Shown: positions 10,851 to 22,454 of the stretch, one piece after another
Numbering within the stretch: position 1 is the stretch's first letter
How the letters are laid out: each line of letters starts with the position of its first letter
NCBI RefSeq assembly: GCF_035084215.1
Contig: NC_090352.1
Span: forward strand, 5,642,001-5,706,000
From: Heptranchias perlo
Taxonomy: Eukaryota
Length of the DNA: 64,000 bases
Direction: 5' to 3'
Made by a program: the position numbers and the translations under genes
Notes under the pieces: model-generated
What the model saw: the letters and a program-made list of their open reading frames with translations, nothing else
Told to the model about the DNA's origin: nothing
Databases searched by the model: none

Positions 10851-13581
10851 ATAGAATCATAGAATCATAGAAGTTACAACATGGAAACAGGCCTTCGGCC
10901 CAACATGTCCATGTCGCCCAGTTTATACCACTAAGCTAGTCCCAATTGCCTGCACTTGGCCCATATCCCTCTATACCCATCTTACCCATGTAACTGTCCA
11001 AATGCTTTTTAAAAGACAAAATTGTACCCGCCTCTACTACTGCCTCTGGCAGCTCGTTCCAGACACTCACCACCCTTTGAGTGAAAAAATTGCCCCTCTG
11101 GACCCTTTTGTATCTCTCCCCTCTCACCTTAAATCTGTGCCCCCTCGTTATAGACTCCCCTACCTTTGGGAAAAGATTTTGACTATCGACCTTATCTATG
11201 CCCCTCATTATTTTATAGACTTCTATAAGATCACCCCTTAACCTCCTACTCTCCAGGGAAAAAAGTCCCAGTCTGTCTAACCTCTCCCTGTAAGTCAAAC
11301 CATCAAGTCCCGGTAGCATCCTAGTAAATCTTTTCTGCACTCTTTCTAGTTTAATAATATCCTTTCTATAATAGGGTGACCAGAACTGTACACAGTACTC
11401 CAAGTGTGGCCTCACCAATGCCCTGTACAACTTCAACAAGACATCCCAACTCCTGCATTCAATGTTCTGACCATTGAAACCAAGCATGCTGAATGCCTTC
11501 TTCACCACCCTATCCACCTGTGACTCCACTTTCAAGGAGCTATGAATCTGTACTCCCAGATCTCTTTGTTCTATAACTCTCCCCAACGCCCTACCATTAA
11601 CGGAGTAGGTCCTGGCCCGATTCGATCTACCAAAATGCATCACCTCACATTTATCTAAATTAAACTCCATCTGCCATTCATCGGCCCACTGGCCCAATTG
11701 ATCAAGATCCCGTTGCAATCCTAGATAACCTTCTTCACTGTCCACAATGCCACCAATCTTGGTGTCATCTGCAAACTTACTAACCATGCCTCCTAAATTC
11801 TCATCCAAATCATTAATATAAATAACAAATAACAGCGGACCCAGCACCGATCCCTGAGGCACACCGCTGGACACAGGCATCCAGTTTGAAAAACAACCCT
11901 CTACAACCACCCTCTGTTTTCTGTCGTCAAGCCAATTTTGTATCCAATTGGCTACCTCACCTTGGATCCCATGAGATTTAACCTTATGTAACAACCTACC
12001 ATGCGGTACCTTGTCAAATGCTTTGCTGAAGTCCATGTAGACCACGTCTACTGCACAGCCCTCATCTATCTTCATGGTTACCCCTTCAAAAAACTTAATC
12101 AAATTCGTGAGACATGATTTTCCTCTCACAAAACCATGCTGACTGTTCCTAATTAGTCCCTGCCTCTCCAAATGCCTGTAGATCCTGTCCCTCAGAATAC
12201 CCTCTAACAACTTACCCACTACAGATGTCAGGCTCACTGGTCTGTAGTTCCCAGGCTTTTCCCTGCCGCCCTTCTTAAACAAAGGCACAACATTTGCTAC
12301 CCTCCAATCTTCAGGCACCTCACCTGTAGCGGTGGATGATTCAAATATCTCTGCTAGGGGACCCGCAATTTCCTCCCTAACCTCCCATAACGTCCTGGGA
12401 TACATTTCATCAGGTCCCGGAGATTTATCTACCTTGATGCGCGTTAAGACTTCCAGCACCTCCCTCTCTGTAATATGTACACTCCTCAAGACATCACTAT
12501 TTATTTCCCCAAGTTCCCTAACATCCATGCCTTTCTCAACCGTAAATACCGATGTGAAATATTCATTCAGGATCTCACCCATCTCTTGTGGTTCCGCACA
12601 TAGATGACCTTGTTGATCCTTAAGAGGCCCTACTCTCTCCCTAGTTACCCTTTTGCCCTTTATGTATTTGTAGAAGCTCTTTGGATTCACCTTTGCCTGA
12701 TCTGCCAAAGCAATCTCATATCCCCTTTTTGCCCTCCTGATTTCTCTCTTAACTCTACTCCGGCAATCTCTATACTCTTCAAGGGATCCACTTGATCCCA
12801 GCTGCCTATGCATGTCATATGCCTCCTTCTTCTTTTTGACTAGTGCCTCAATCTCCCGAGTCATCCAAGGTTCCCTACTTCTACCAGCCTTGCCCTTCAC
12901 TTTATAAGGAATGTGCTTACCCTGAACCCTGGTTAACACACTTTTGAAAGCCTCCCACTTACCAGACGTCCCTTTGCCTGCCAACAGACTCTCCCAATCA
13001 ACTTCTGAAAGTTCCTGTCTAATACCATCAAAATTGGCCTTTCCCCAATTTAGAATTTTAACTTTTGGGCCAGACCTATCCTTCTCCATAGCTATCTTAA
13101 AACTAATGGAATTATGATCACTGGTCCCAAAGTGATCCCTCACTAACACTTCTGTCACCTGCCCTTCCTTATTTCCCAAGAGGAGGTCAAGTTTTGCCCC
13201 CTCTCTAGTCGGGCCATCCACATACTGAATGAGAAATTCCTCCTGAATACACTCAACAAATTTCTCTCCATCCAAGCCCCTAATGCTATGGCTGTCCCAG
13301 TCAATGTTGGGAAAGTTAAAGTCCCCTACTATTACCACCCTATTTTTCTTGCAGCTGTCTGTAATCTCCTTACATATTTGCTCCTCAATTTCCCGTTGAC
13401 TATTTGGGGGTCTGTAGTACAATCCTATCAAAGTGATCTCTCCCTTCTTATTTTTCAGTTCTACCCATATAGACTCAGTGGGCGAACCCTCGGATATATC
13501 CCCTCTCACTACTGCCGTGATGTTCTCCCTAATCAAGAACGCAACTCCCCCTCCTCTCTTACCTCCTGCTCTATCTTTCCT
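10851..13581 (-). mobile_element. Young 5'-truncated CR1 LINE
   Basis: Uninterrupted ORF2, short 3'UTR and (CTATGATT)n tail, seen as ATAGAATCATAGAATCATAG at 10851; truncated within the endonuclease. Confidence 0.97.
10936..13536 (-). CDS. CR1 ORF2 (partial APE endonuclease + reverse transcriptase), N-terminally truncated, 866 aa open
   Basis: APE motifs YYRPP, GDFN and SDHN; RT motifs [28 protein letters not shown] and FADD; C-terminal FFTQRVV.WN.LP. Confidence 0.95.
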   Translation of the reverse strand: MIRENITAVVRGDISEGSPTESIWVELKNKKGEITLIGLYYRPPNSQREIEEQICKEITDSCKKNRVVIVGDFNFPNIDWDSHSIRGLDGEKFVECIQEEFLIQYVDGPTREGAKLDLLLGNKEGQVTEVLVRDHFGTSDHNSISFKIAMEKDRSGPKVKILNWGKANFDGIRQELSEVDWESLLAGKGTSGKWEAFKSVLTRVQGKHIPYKVKGKAGRSREPWMTREIEALVKKKKEAYDMHRQLGSSGSLEEYRDCRSRVKREIRRAKRGYEIALADQAKVNPKSFYKYIKGKRVTRERVGPLKDQQGHLCAEPQEMGEILNEYFTSVFTVEKGMDVRELGEINSDVLRSVHITEREVLEVLTRIKVDKSPGPDEMYPRTLWEVREEIAGPLAEIFESSTATGEVPEDWRVANVVPLFKKGGREKPGNYRPVSLTSVVGKLLEGILRDRIYRHLERQGLIRNSQHGFVRGKSCLTNLIKFFEGVTMKIDEGCAVDVVYMDFSKAFDKVPHGRLLHKVKSHGIQGEVANWIQNWLDDRKQRVVVEGCFSNWMPVSSGVPQGSVLGPLLFVIYINDLDENLGGMVSKFADDTKIGGIVDSEEGYLGLQRDLDQLGQWADEWQMEFNLDKCEVMHFGRSNRARTYSVNGRALGRVIEQRDLGVQIHSSLKVESQVDRVVKKAFSMLGFNGQNIECRSWDVLLKLYRALVRPHLEYCVQFWSPYYRKDIIKLERVQKRFTRMLPGLDGLTYRERLDRLGLFSLESRRLRGDLIEVYKIMRGIDKVDSQNLFPKVGESITRGHRFKVRGERYKRVQRGNFFTQRVVSVWNELPEAVVEAGTILSFKKHLDSYMGKMGIEGYGPSAGNWD

Positions 13582-13591
13582 TGCACATCAG

Positions 13592-13645
13592 AGAATGAAG
13601 AGGGACAGCTTCCTTTTCAGTGCTCAATTTTTCGAGAAGTGGCCG
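13592..13645 (+). CDS. Candidate 54-nt symmetric exon (ENEEGQLPFQCSIFREVAG in phase 1)
   Basis: Acceptor CATCAG at 13586-13591 and donor GTAAG at 13646; phase-1 frame is open and compatible with the 3616 donor; phase-0 frame is also open. Confidence 0.3.
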
Positions 13646-13679
13646 GTAAGACAAAGGTAATCATGTGCTGGAAGTGTGC

Positions 13680-14640
13680 GGTTGGCTCAGTTAGTTGTAC
13701 TCTCACCTGTAAATCAAACTGATACATGGTTCTAGCCCCACCATTGATTTGAGCACATAATCTAGACAGATACTTCAGTGCAGTACATAATGCCTTTCAT
13801 GTACTGAGGACATGCCAATGCAGTGATGTAGGCAAATGTTGCAGCTAATTTAGACCCAACAGGTTCCCACAAACGGCAATGAGATTTATGTGCAGTTAAT
13901 TTGTTTCAGGTGTTGGTTGAGGGATAAATATTGGTCAGGCCACCGGGGAGAACTCCCCTGCACTTTTTCGAATTATGTTGTAGGATCTTTTATATTCACC
14001 TGAGAGGGCGGATGGGGCCTCAATTTAACATCTCATTCGAAAGACGGCACCTCCGACAGTGCAGCACTCCCTCAACACTGCACTGGAGTGTCAGCCTGGA
14101 TTATAGGCTTGTCTCAGGAGTGGGGCTTGAACCTAGAACCTTCTGCCTTGGAGGTGAATGTGCTACCACTGAACCTAGGCTGACACTAAAAGATTCCACA
14201 ATATTATTTAAAGAAAAGCAGGGAGTTCTCTTCTCCTGGTGTCCTGGCCAACATTTATCTCTCAACCAACGCTACCAAGAGCCAATTATCTGGTTATTCA
14301 TTCAGTTGTTGTTTGCGAAACCTTGCTGTGTGCAAGCTGGATGCTGCATTTGCCTATTTAATAACAGCGACTGCAGTCCAAAAGGCATCAACTGGTTGTA
14401 AAGTGCTTTGGGATGTCCTGGGGATGCCACAAGGCGTTATATAAATTAATGCTTTGTTTAAATAATTTTTGAACCTTGTAATTAAAAATAGTCTGTGGGG
14501 CCTTGCTGTGTGCAAATTGGCTGCCGCGTTTCCTACATTCCAACAGTGACTACACTTCAAATGCACATAATTCACTGTGAAGCACTTTGGGACGTCCTGA
14601 GGTCGTGAAAGGCGTTATATAAATGCAAGTTATTTCTTTC
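13680..14640. mobile_element. Cluster of Deu-domain SINE copies in both orientations
   Basis: tRNA-like head (+) at about 13680-13790; near full copy (-) at about 13830-14188; body/tail copies (+) at about 14190-14445 and 14495-14635. Confidence 0.8.
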
Positions 14641-14816
14641 TTTTCAGTCCTTTCTATTCAAAGTACTTCGAAGAAATATCTAGAACCAGTTTTTTTTTGT
14701 TGTGAACATTTTTAAAAATTGCGTATTGAGCTGTTTTAGGATTATCGAGGGTTAACTGAGCAGTGCTTAAGATTTTTGAGAGTCGCTAAGGATGCTCGTT
14801 AGCCCCTCTCCCCATT

Positions 14817-16937
14817 GAATCATAGAATCATAGAAAGGTTACAGCACGGAAGGAGGCAATTCAGCCCATCGAGTCCACGCCGGGTCTATGCACCAGCAAT
14901 CCAGCTAGTCCCATTCTCCCGGCCTATCCCAGTAGCCCTGCAAATTTTTTTGTTTCAAGTACTTATCCAGTTCCCTTTTGAAGACCATGATTGAATCTGC
15001 CTCCACCACCCCCTCAGGCAGTGCATTCCAGATCCTAACCACTCGCTGTGTAAAAAAGTTTTTCCTCATATCACCTTTGGTTCTTTTGCCAATCACCTTA
15101 AATCTATGTCCTCTGGTTCTTGATCCTTCCGCCAATGGGAACAGTTTCTCTCTATCTACTCTGTCTAGATCCTTCATGATTTTGAATACCTCTATCAAAT
15201 CTCGTCTCAACTTCTCTGTTTCAAGGAGAACAACCCCAGCTTCTCCAGTCTAACCACGTAATTTAAATCCCTCATCCCTGAAATCATTCTAGTAAATCTC
15301 CTCTGCACCCTCTCCAAGGTCTTCACATCATTCCTAAAGTTGGGTGCCCAGAGCTGGACACAATACTCCAGTTGTATATATATGACTTATGTTCATGTTA
15401 TGTTCATCATGACTTCCTTGCTTTTGTACTCTATGCCTCTATTTATAAAGCCCAGGACCCCATATGCTTTTTTAACCGCTTTCTCAACCTGTCCTGCTAC
15501 CTTCAACGATTTGTGCACGTATACCCCCAGATCTCTGTTTCTCTACTCCTTTTAGAACTGTGCCCTCTAGTTTATATTGCCTCGCCTCATTTTTCCTACC
15601 GAAATGCATTACCTCGCATTTTTTCGCCACGTGTCCTTCATCTGTCAAGTGTCCGCCCATTTCCACCCGCGTGTCTGTTGAAGTCTATCACTATCCTCCT
15701 CACTGTTCACTACCCTTCCAAGTTTTGTGTCATCTGCAAATTTGGAAATTGTGCCCTATACTGCCAAGTCCAAGTCATTAATATATATCAAGAAAAGCAT
15801 TGGTCCCAGCACCGACCCCTGAGGAACACCACTGCACATCTCCCTCAAGTCCGAAAAACAACCGTTCACCACTACTCTGTTTCCTATCATTTAGCCAATT
15901 CTGTATCCATGTTGCTACTGGCCCCTTTATTCCATGGGCCGCAATCTTAATAGCAAGCCAACCATGTGGCACTTTATCAAATGCTTCTTGAAAATCCATA
16001 CACTCCACATCAACTGCATTGCTCTCATCTACCCTCTCTGTTACCTCATCAAAAAACTTTATCAAGTTGGTTAAACATGATTTGCCTTCAACAAATCCGT
16101 GCTGGGTTACCCTAATCAATCCACACTCGTCCAAGCCACTGTTAATTCTGTTCCGGATTATTGTTTCCAAAGGTTTCCCCACCACCGAGGTTAAACTGAC
16201 TGGCCTATAATTGCTGGGTTTATCCTTACACCCTGTTTTGAACAAGGGTGTAACATTTGCAATTCTCCAGTCCTCTGGCACCACCCCATACCAAAGGATG
16301 TTTGGAAGATTATGGGCAGTACCTCTGCAATTTCCACCCTTACTTCCCTCAGCAACCTAGTATGCATCCCATCCGGACCGGATGACTTATCTACTTTAAT
16401 ACAGCCAGCCTTTCTAGTACCTCTTCTTTCTCAATTTTTAGCCCATCCAGTATCTTAACTATATCTTTCTTTACCAAGACTCTGGCAGCATGTTCTTCCT
16501 TGGTAAAGACCAATGCAAAGTACTCATTTAGTACCTCAGCCATGCCCACTGCCTCCATGAGTAGATCTCCTTATGGCCCCTAATCGGCCCCACCCCTCCT
16601 CTTACTACCCCTTTACTGTTAACATGTCTGTAGAAGACTTTTGGATTCCCTTTTATGTTGTCCGCTAGTCTATTCTCATACTCTCTCTTTGCCCCTCTTA
16701 TTTCTTTTTTCACTTCCCCTCTGAACTTTCTATATTCAGCCTGGTTCTCACTTGTGTCATCAACTTGACACCTGTCATATGTCCCTTTTTTCCGCTTCAT
16801 CTTACTCACTATCTCTTTTGTCATCCAGGGAGCTCTGGCTTTAGTTGTTCTGCCTTTCTCCCTCGTGGGAATGTGCCTTGACTGTACCCGAACCATCTCC
16901 TCCTTAAAGGCCGCCCATTGTTCAATTACAGTTTTGA
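14817..16937 (-). mobile_element. Degenerate 5'-truncated CR1 LINE
   Basis: Frameshifted ORF2 pieces at 16528-16896, 15778-16284 and 14905-15210, homologous to 10936-13536; GAATCATA tail at 14817. Confidence 0.95.
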
Positions 16938-17109
16938 CATGTTAATGTTTTCTGGATCGTTGATAGAGTGAGTGCTACAACAGCCATTCAATGGAGCAGC
17001 AAAATCAATAATAATGAATAGAATATGTTAATTGAACCTAACAACCTGAAATAGCTCAGAGCAGCTGTTTGCTCAGCAGCCTTGCTCAATAATACAGCCT
17101 TTTCGATAC

Positions 17110-17340
17110 AGGAAGCCAAGATTCATTGGCCAGGCGTTGGAAATACTGGAAACCATAAGGGAGAGCAGAGGAGCAGGAATTAAGGGATGGATGGCTACCT
17201 CCCCACCCCCTCCCCCACCCTCACTCTCCCCCACACCTTCCCCAGAAGCGTCTGGGCAGCAGACCTATCAGGAAATAGCAGAAATTGTCAACTTCCCCTT
17301 GGAAAAGGAGATATCAGATCTGAAGGAGTCTAAGGTGAGC
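17110..17340 (+). mobile_element. Old relic of a Harbinger Myb/SANT-like ORF exon 1
   Basis: KPRFIGQALEILETIRESR parallels APRFNDASLQVLLDGVRRR at 63529; ends SDLKESK|GTGAG like DLTRVVK|GTGAG at 33558. Confidence 0.5.
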
Positions 17341-18111
17341 CAATAGCATTATATTTGGCATGCACCTGACACAGGTAGGAATGCAAGGAAGTCATCCCTG
17401 ATCAACTTATATAATGTTTCTGATGAACCAACCAGTGAGGTTAACCAGTGCAGCATTGGTGTGAGGGAATCAGGTCAGTGAGTGCTTAGCACGAATGGGG
17501 ATGCTTCTACATGAGATGGTCACAACTAGGAAGTACACGCTCCACCCTGAGTGCCCAGCCACAGCTCCTAAAGGGGTTTCACTTGAGGAATGTTCAAAAG
17601 TCAATTTATAACAGACGGTGCGGTCTCGAAGCATGACATTGACTATTACATGTCGTTGAAATATCTCAATATTATTGTTCTGCATCCAGGGCAAGGTGGC
17701 ATTTAATCTGCAAGTGCAAACCCATATAAGGTGGTGGACCTAAGCAATTCAAGCCCCTCACCCCATTTTAGGAGACTAATCGTGACATTGTTGGGTTGGA
17801 GAGCATTGAGGAACTGAAGGATCTTCAGGTCTGAGGCTTTGCCCCAAACTCATGGCTAGTTCTACAATGTTCGTATCATGTAGGGGTAATTTCGCCAATT
17901 TTCCAATGAGGAAGCATAGTTTGGACAATTGGATCTACAGCTTCAAGCATAACTCTCCGTTAGGACTATGGGATCAATGAATTAAAAAAAGAAATTGCAT
18001 TTATCGAGTGTTTTTTCACATACTCAGGACCTTCCAAAGCATTTCACAGCCAATGGATTACATTTGAAGTGTATCACTTCAGTACCAGTCCATCACCGGC
18101 ATCTCCACATC

Positions 18112-20820
18112 ATGACTACCATCGACACCAGAAACTGCCGGCTCACAGTGGAAAGGATATCCAAGAAGATCGCGCATTTAGACACAGACATCAAGTTTTT
18201 ACAGAGCTGCAAGAAAGCAGACAAGATCCCGAAAGGACTCCAGATCACGAACCCACTCAGGTCCACATAGAACTCGGATTACGCTGAGAGACTCTGCCGC
18301 CGTACCTCTCGCACACTCCGCAACCATCTCATACACCAACTCTACAGCAGACGCCACAACCTCGAAACCAAGATAGAGTCCATACTCTCAACCTGTACTC
18401 AGGACACAGCAGACCAGCTACGTTATACCGCCAAACAGACGAGGCAACGGAACTACGCTGCCAACATGAAAACCAAGAGCAGAAAGCTTGAGAAACTCGG
18501 CATCACCACTAGCATCGACCAAGCTTCCCCTGGTACCACGGTTGCAACCACAGGGAAGTCTATTGTCAATTTGTCCGACCACACCCTTCAACCAGACGAA
18601 ATCGAAGTTCTCAGCCGAGGGCTCAATTTCTGCTCCACTACCAAAATGGACCCCACTAGTCTTGCGGCGGACGCAGAGGAATTCCTCAGGAGAATGAGGC
18701 TCCGGGAATTCTACCACAAACCCCAAGATTTCAGCAGCGAACCCAATGAGACAATCGACGATCCGGAACAGCAGACAGAGGGATCCGCGGTACAGCAACC
18801 GAAGAGGAAAGAGTCAAACTGGACTCCTCCGGAGGGTCGCTGCCCTCAGCTGGACATGTATGCTCAAGCTGTCAGGAAATGCGTCAATGCCAGATTCATC
18901 AGCCGCACTCAGAAGACAGTCCAGAATGTCACCCGAGCACAACGCAACGCCATCAACGCTCTCAAGACCACCCGCAACATCGTCATCAAACCAGCGGACA
19001 AAGGAAGAGCCATAGTCATACAGAACAGAACGGACTATTGCAAAGGAGCATACCGACAACTGGACAACCAGGAACACTACAGACAGTTACCCGCAGATCC
19101 GACCAAAGAACACACCCACCAGCTCAACAAACTGATCAAGACCTTCGATCCAGACCTTCAAAGCATCCTACGCACTCTCATCCCACGTACTCCCCGCGTG
19201 GGAGACTTCTACTGCCTCCCAAAGATACACAAAGCCAACACACCCGGACGTCCTATCGTATCAGGCAATGGAACCCTGTGTGAGAACCTCTCTGGATACA
19301 TCGAGGGCATCCTGAAACCCATCGTACAGGGAACCCCCAGCTTCTGTCGCGACACTACAGACTTCCTACAAAAACTCAGTACCCACGGACCAGTTGAACC
19401 AGGAACACTTCTCACCACGATGGACGTCTCGGCACTATACACCAGTATCCCCCACGATGACGGCATCGCTACGACAGCATCAATACTCAACACCAACAAC
19501 AGCCAATCTCCGGACGCCATCCTACAACTCATCCGCTTCATCCTGGATCACAATGTCTTCACCTTCGATAACCAGTTCTTTACCCAAACACACGGAACAG
19601 CCATGGGGACCAAATTCGCACCCCAATATGCCAACATTTTCATGCATAAGTTCGAGCAGGACTTCTTCACTGCACAAGACCTCCAACCAACACTATACAC
19701 CAGATACATCGACGACATTTTCTTTCTATGGACCCACGGCAAGGAATCACTAAAGAGACTACACGATAACATCAACAAGTTCCATCCCACCATCAAGCTC
19801 ACCATGGACTACTCCTCAGAATCAGTTTCTTTCTTGGACACACGAATCTCCATCAAAGACGGGCACCTCAGCACCTCACTCTACCGCAAGCCCACGGACA
19901 ACCTCACGATGCTCCACTTTTCCAGCTTCCACCCTAACCACGTCAAAGAGGCCATCCCCTATGGACAGGCCCTGCGAATACACAGGGTCTGCTCAGACGA
20001 GGAGGAACGCGATGGACACCTACAGACGCTGAAAGACGCCCTAGTAAGAACGGGATATGACGCTCGACTCATCGATCGACAGTTCCGACGGGCCACAGCA
20101 AAAAATCGCATAGACCTCCTCAGGAGACTAACACGGGACGCAACCAACAGAGTACCCTTTGTCGTCCAGTACTTCCCCGGAGCGGAGAAACTACGCCATG
20201 TTCTCCGCAGCCTTCAACATGTCATCAATGAGGACAAACACCTCGCTATGGCCATCCCCACACCTCCACTACTCGCCTTTAAACAGCCACCCAACCTCAA
20301 ACAGACCATCGTTCGCAGCAAATTACCTAGCTTTCAAGAGAACAGCGTCCACGACACCACACAACCCTGCCACGGTAACCTCTGCAAGACATGCCAGATC
20401 ATCGACACAGATACCACCATCACACGAGAGGACACCACCCACCAGGTGCATGGTTCATACTCCTGTGACTCGGCCAACGTTGTCTACCTCATACGTTGCA
20501 GGAAAGGATGCCCCAGAGCATGGTACATTGGCGAGACCATGCAGACGCTGCGACAACGGATGAACGGACACCGCGCAACAATCGCCAAACAGGAGGGTTC
20601 CCTCCCAGTCGGGGAACACTTCAGCAGTCATGGACATTCATCCACCGACCTTCAGGTAAGCGTACTCCAAGGCGGCCTTCGAGACACACGACAACGCAAA
20701 ATCGTCGAGCAGAAATTGATAGCCAAGTTCCGCACCCATGAGGACGGCCTCAACCGGGATCTTGGGTTCATGTCACACTACACGTTACCCCACCAGCGAA
20801 CAAATGTTATCTGTTTTTAA
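18112..20820 (+). pseudogene. PLE polyprotein (RT + Cys-rich linker + GIY-YIG endonuclease) with one in-frame TAG at 18268-18270; 784 aa remain open from 18466
   Basis: IKPADKG, YCLPKIHK, MDVSALYTSI, GTAMG, RYIDDIF, LYRKPT; C-x4-C-x2-C linker (CHGNLCKTC); VVYLIRC...YIGET...R..GH; the upstream ORF from ATG 18112 is in the same frame as 18466. Confidence 0.93.
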
Positions 20821-20952
20821 TATAATGGGTCAGTTGCTGTCTTTTCTATGTTTCTACCTCTCTATCTCTGTTTTTTTTTGTTTGTTGTTTTTTTTTGGTG
20901 ATTTGTATATTCTGTGAGACCTGGCAGGTAACACCTGTCTGTCTGCACACTG

Positions 20953-21048
20953 ATTGCCTTGGCAACGGGCAGTTGAAAAAACTGTCTGTAATCACCAAGC
21001 ATTGTTCTGTGAATTATAAATGCGATTTCATTTCGAGGATTTCATTTT
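20953..21048 (+). promoter_or_regulatory. Putative PLE pLTR promoter: X-box-like ATTGCCTTGGCAAC (20953-20966), TATAAA (21015-21020), Inr-like TTCATTTT (21041-21048)
   Basis: TATA-to-A21044 spacing is 29 nt; the related fragment at 54150 starts at the position equivalent to A21044. Confidence 0.55.
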
Positions 21049-21055
21049 CACATCG

Positions 21056-21094
21056 TTCACCTGACGAAGGAGGAAGCCTCCGAAAGCTTGTGAA
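21056..21094 (+). ncRNA. Minimal type I hammerhead ribozyme in the PLE pLTR
   Basis: TTCAC-CTGACGA-A-GGAGG aag CCTCC-GAAA-GC-TT-GTGAA: stem I, core, stem II and palindromic AAGCTT stem III. Confidence 0.85.
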
Positions 21095-22454
21095 TTTAAA
21101 ATAAAATTGCTGGACTATAACTTGGTGTTGTAAAATTGTTTACAATTTGAAGTGTAGTCATTGTTGATTTGTAGACAAATGTGGCAACTAATTTGCACAC
21201 AGCAAGGTCCCACAAATTGCAAATGAACAAATAATCAGATAATTTGTTTTTGGTGGTGCGTGAGAGGAGAATGTTGGTCAGGGCACTGAGATAACTCACT
21301 GCTCTTCTTTGGATCAGGCTAAGAGATTTTTATGTCACTTGTGAGAAGAGACAGGACCTTGGTTTAACATCTCATCCGAAAAATGGCACCTCTGGCAGTG
21401 CAGCACTCCCTCAGTACTGTACTGAAGTGTCAGCTTAGATTATGTGCCCAACTCCCTGGAATGGGGCTTCAACCCATGTAAATTCAGTGAATTTACAGTG
21501 TATTGTCATCTCACTGAGTGAGTACCACATGGGCAAACACTTAACTTGTGTAACATCACTGAGAGTGTCATGCGTTGAAAGCAGTGTTTGTAGTTGGTTA
21601 ATTCAAGCAGCGTTTTTGACATCTTGTTCTCTGTGCAATAGAAGAACATTGAAGTCACAGCCAGTGTTCCTGGCAGACCAGCACTTTACATTAGGGATGG
21701 GCAATAAATGCTGGCCTTGCCAGCGACGCCCACACCCCATGAATGAATTTTTAAAATCACAAACACCACCCCTACTAAACACAGTTACATATACCCTGGA
21801 AGGTAGTGAGATTGACAAGGAAGCACATGGTGAGAAACTGTACATAGGTCAAGAGGATCGAGTGGTGCTGGCTCCCCAAGCCTAGTCATCTGTTGGCCCA
21901 TGATGCAGTAAGTTTCTTGCCTCTGCCGCAACGCACAGGACCTGGTTACAAACTGAGTTTGTTGTCCAGGCAGGGTCATCAACATAAGTCACTGGAGTTG
22001 GTGCAACACACGCTGCAAGCTCTAGGGAGGAGTATGGATGAGTCCACTGCTTGACGCCTTGGCGGTGTTGGATGACTGCACTGGAGTCTGCTATGGAGCG
22101 TGTGGTGTCTGCAACGGCGCTCTTAGTGGCACAGAGAGAACATCGCTCAAGAGTGCTGTGGAGTCCCAGGGCTCTAAACTTAAATATGCTCTCTTGACAG
22201 CTTCAATGTGTCCAGAGATTGGATACAAGCAAACCCGAAGCAGGGATCCACAAACTGCATAGCTTCCCTGCGCTCTACTTTCAGTCAGACCAGTGGGCAT
22301 GTTGAGAGAGGCCCCAGCAATCAGACCACTGCAACACCTCCAGCCCACCAAGCACTCTTGCACAAGTGACATTAAAGGTGTCACAAAGCAGTCAGTGCCA
22401 GCCAGCCACAACAGCACCGGGCATGACTGGCGCAGATAGTTCTCATTGCACTGC

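Larger units (their letters stand above)
18074..21144 (+). mobile_element. Penelope-like retroelement (EN+, Neptune-type), lacking the 5' pseudo-LTR
   Basis: RT + GIY-YIG ORF; 3' pLTR with hammerhead; TSD ATTTGAAGTGTA at 18062-18073 and 21145-21156. Confidence 0.95.
17995..21480 (-). mobile_element. Deu-domain SINE split by the Penelope-like insertion (parts 17995-18073 and 21145-21480)
   Basis: SINE tail sequence left of 18073 continues seamlessly at 21157 (TTTGAAGTGTA|GTCATTGTTG). Confidence 0.85.
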
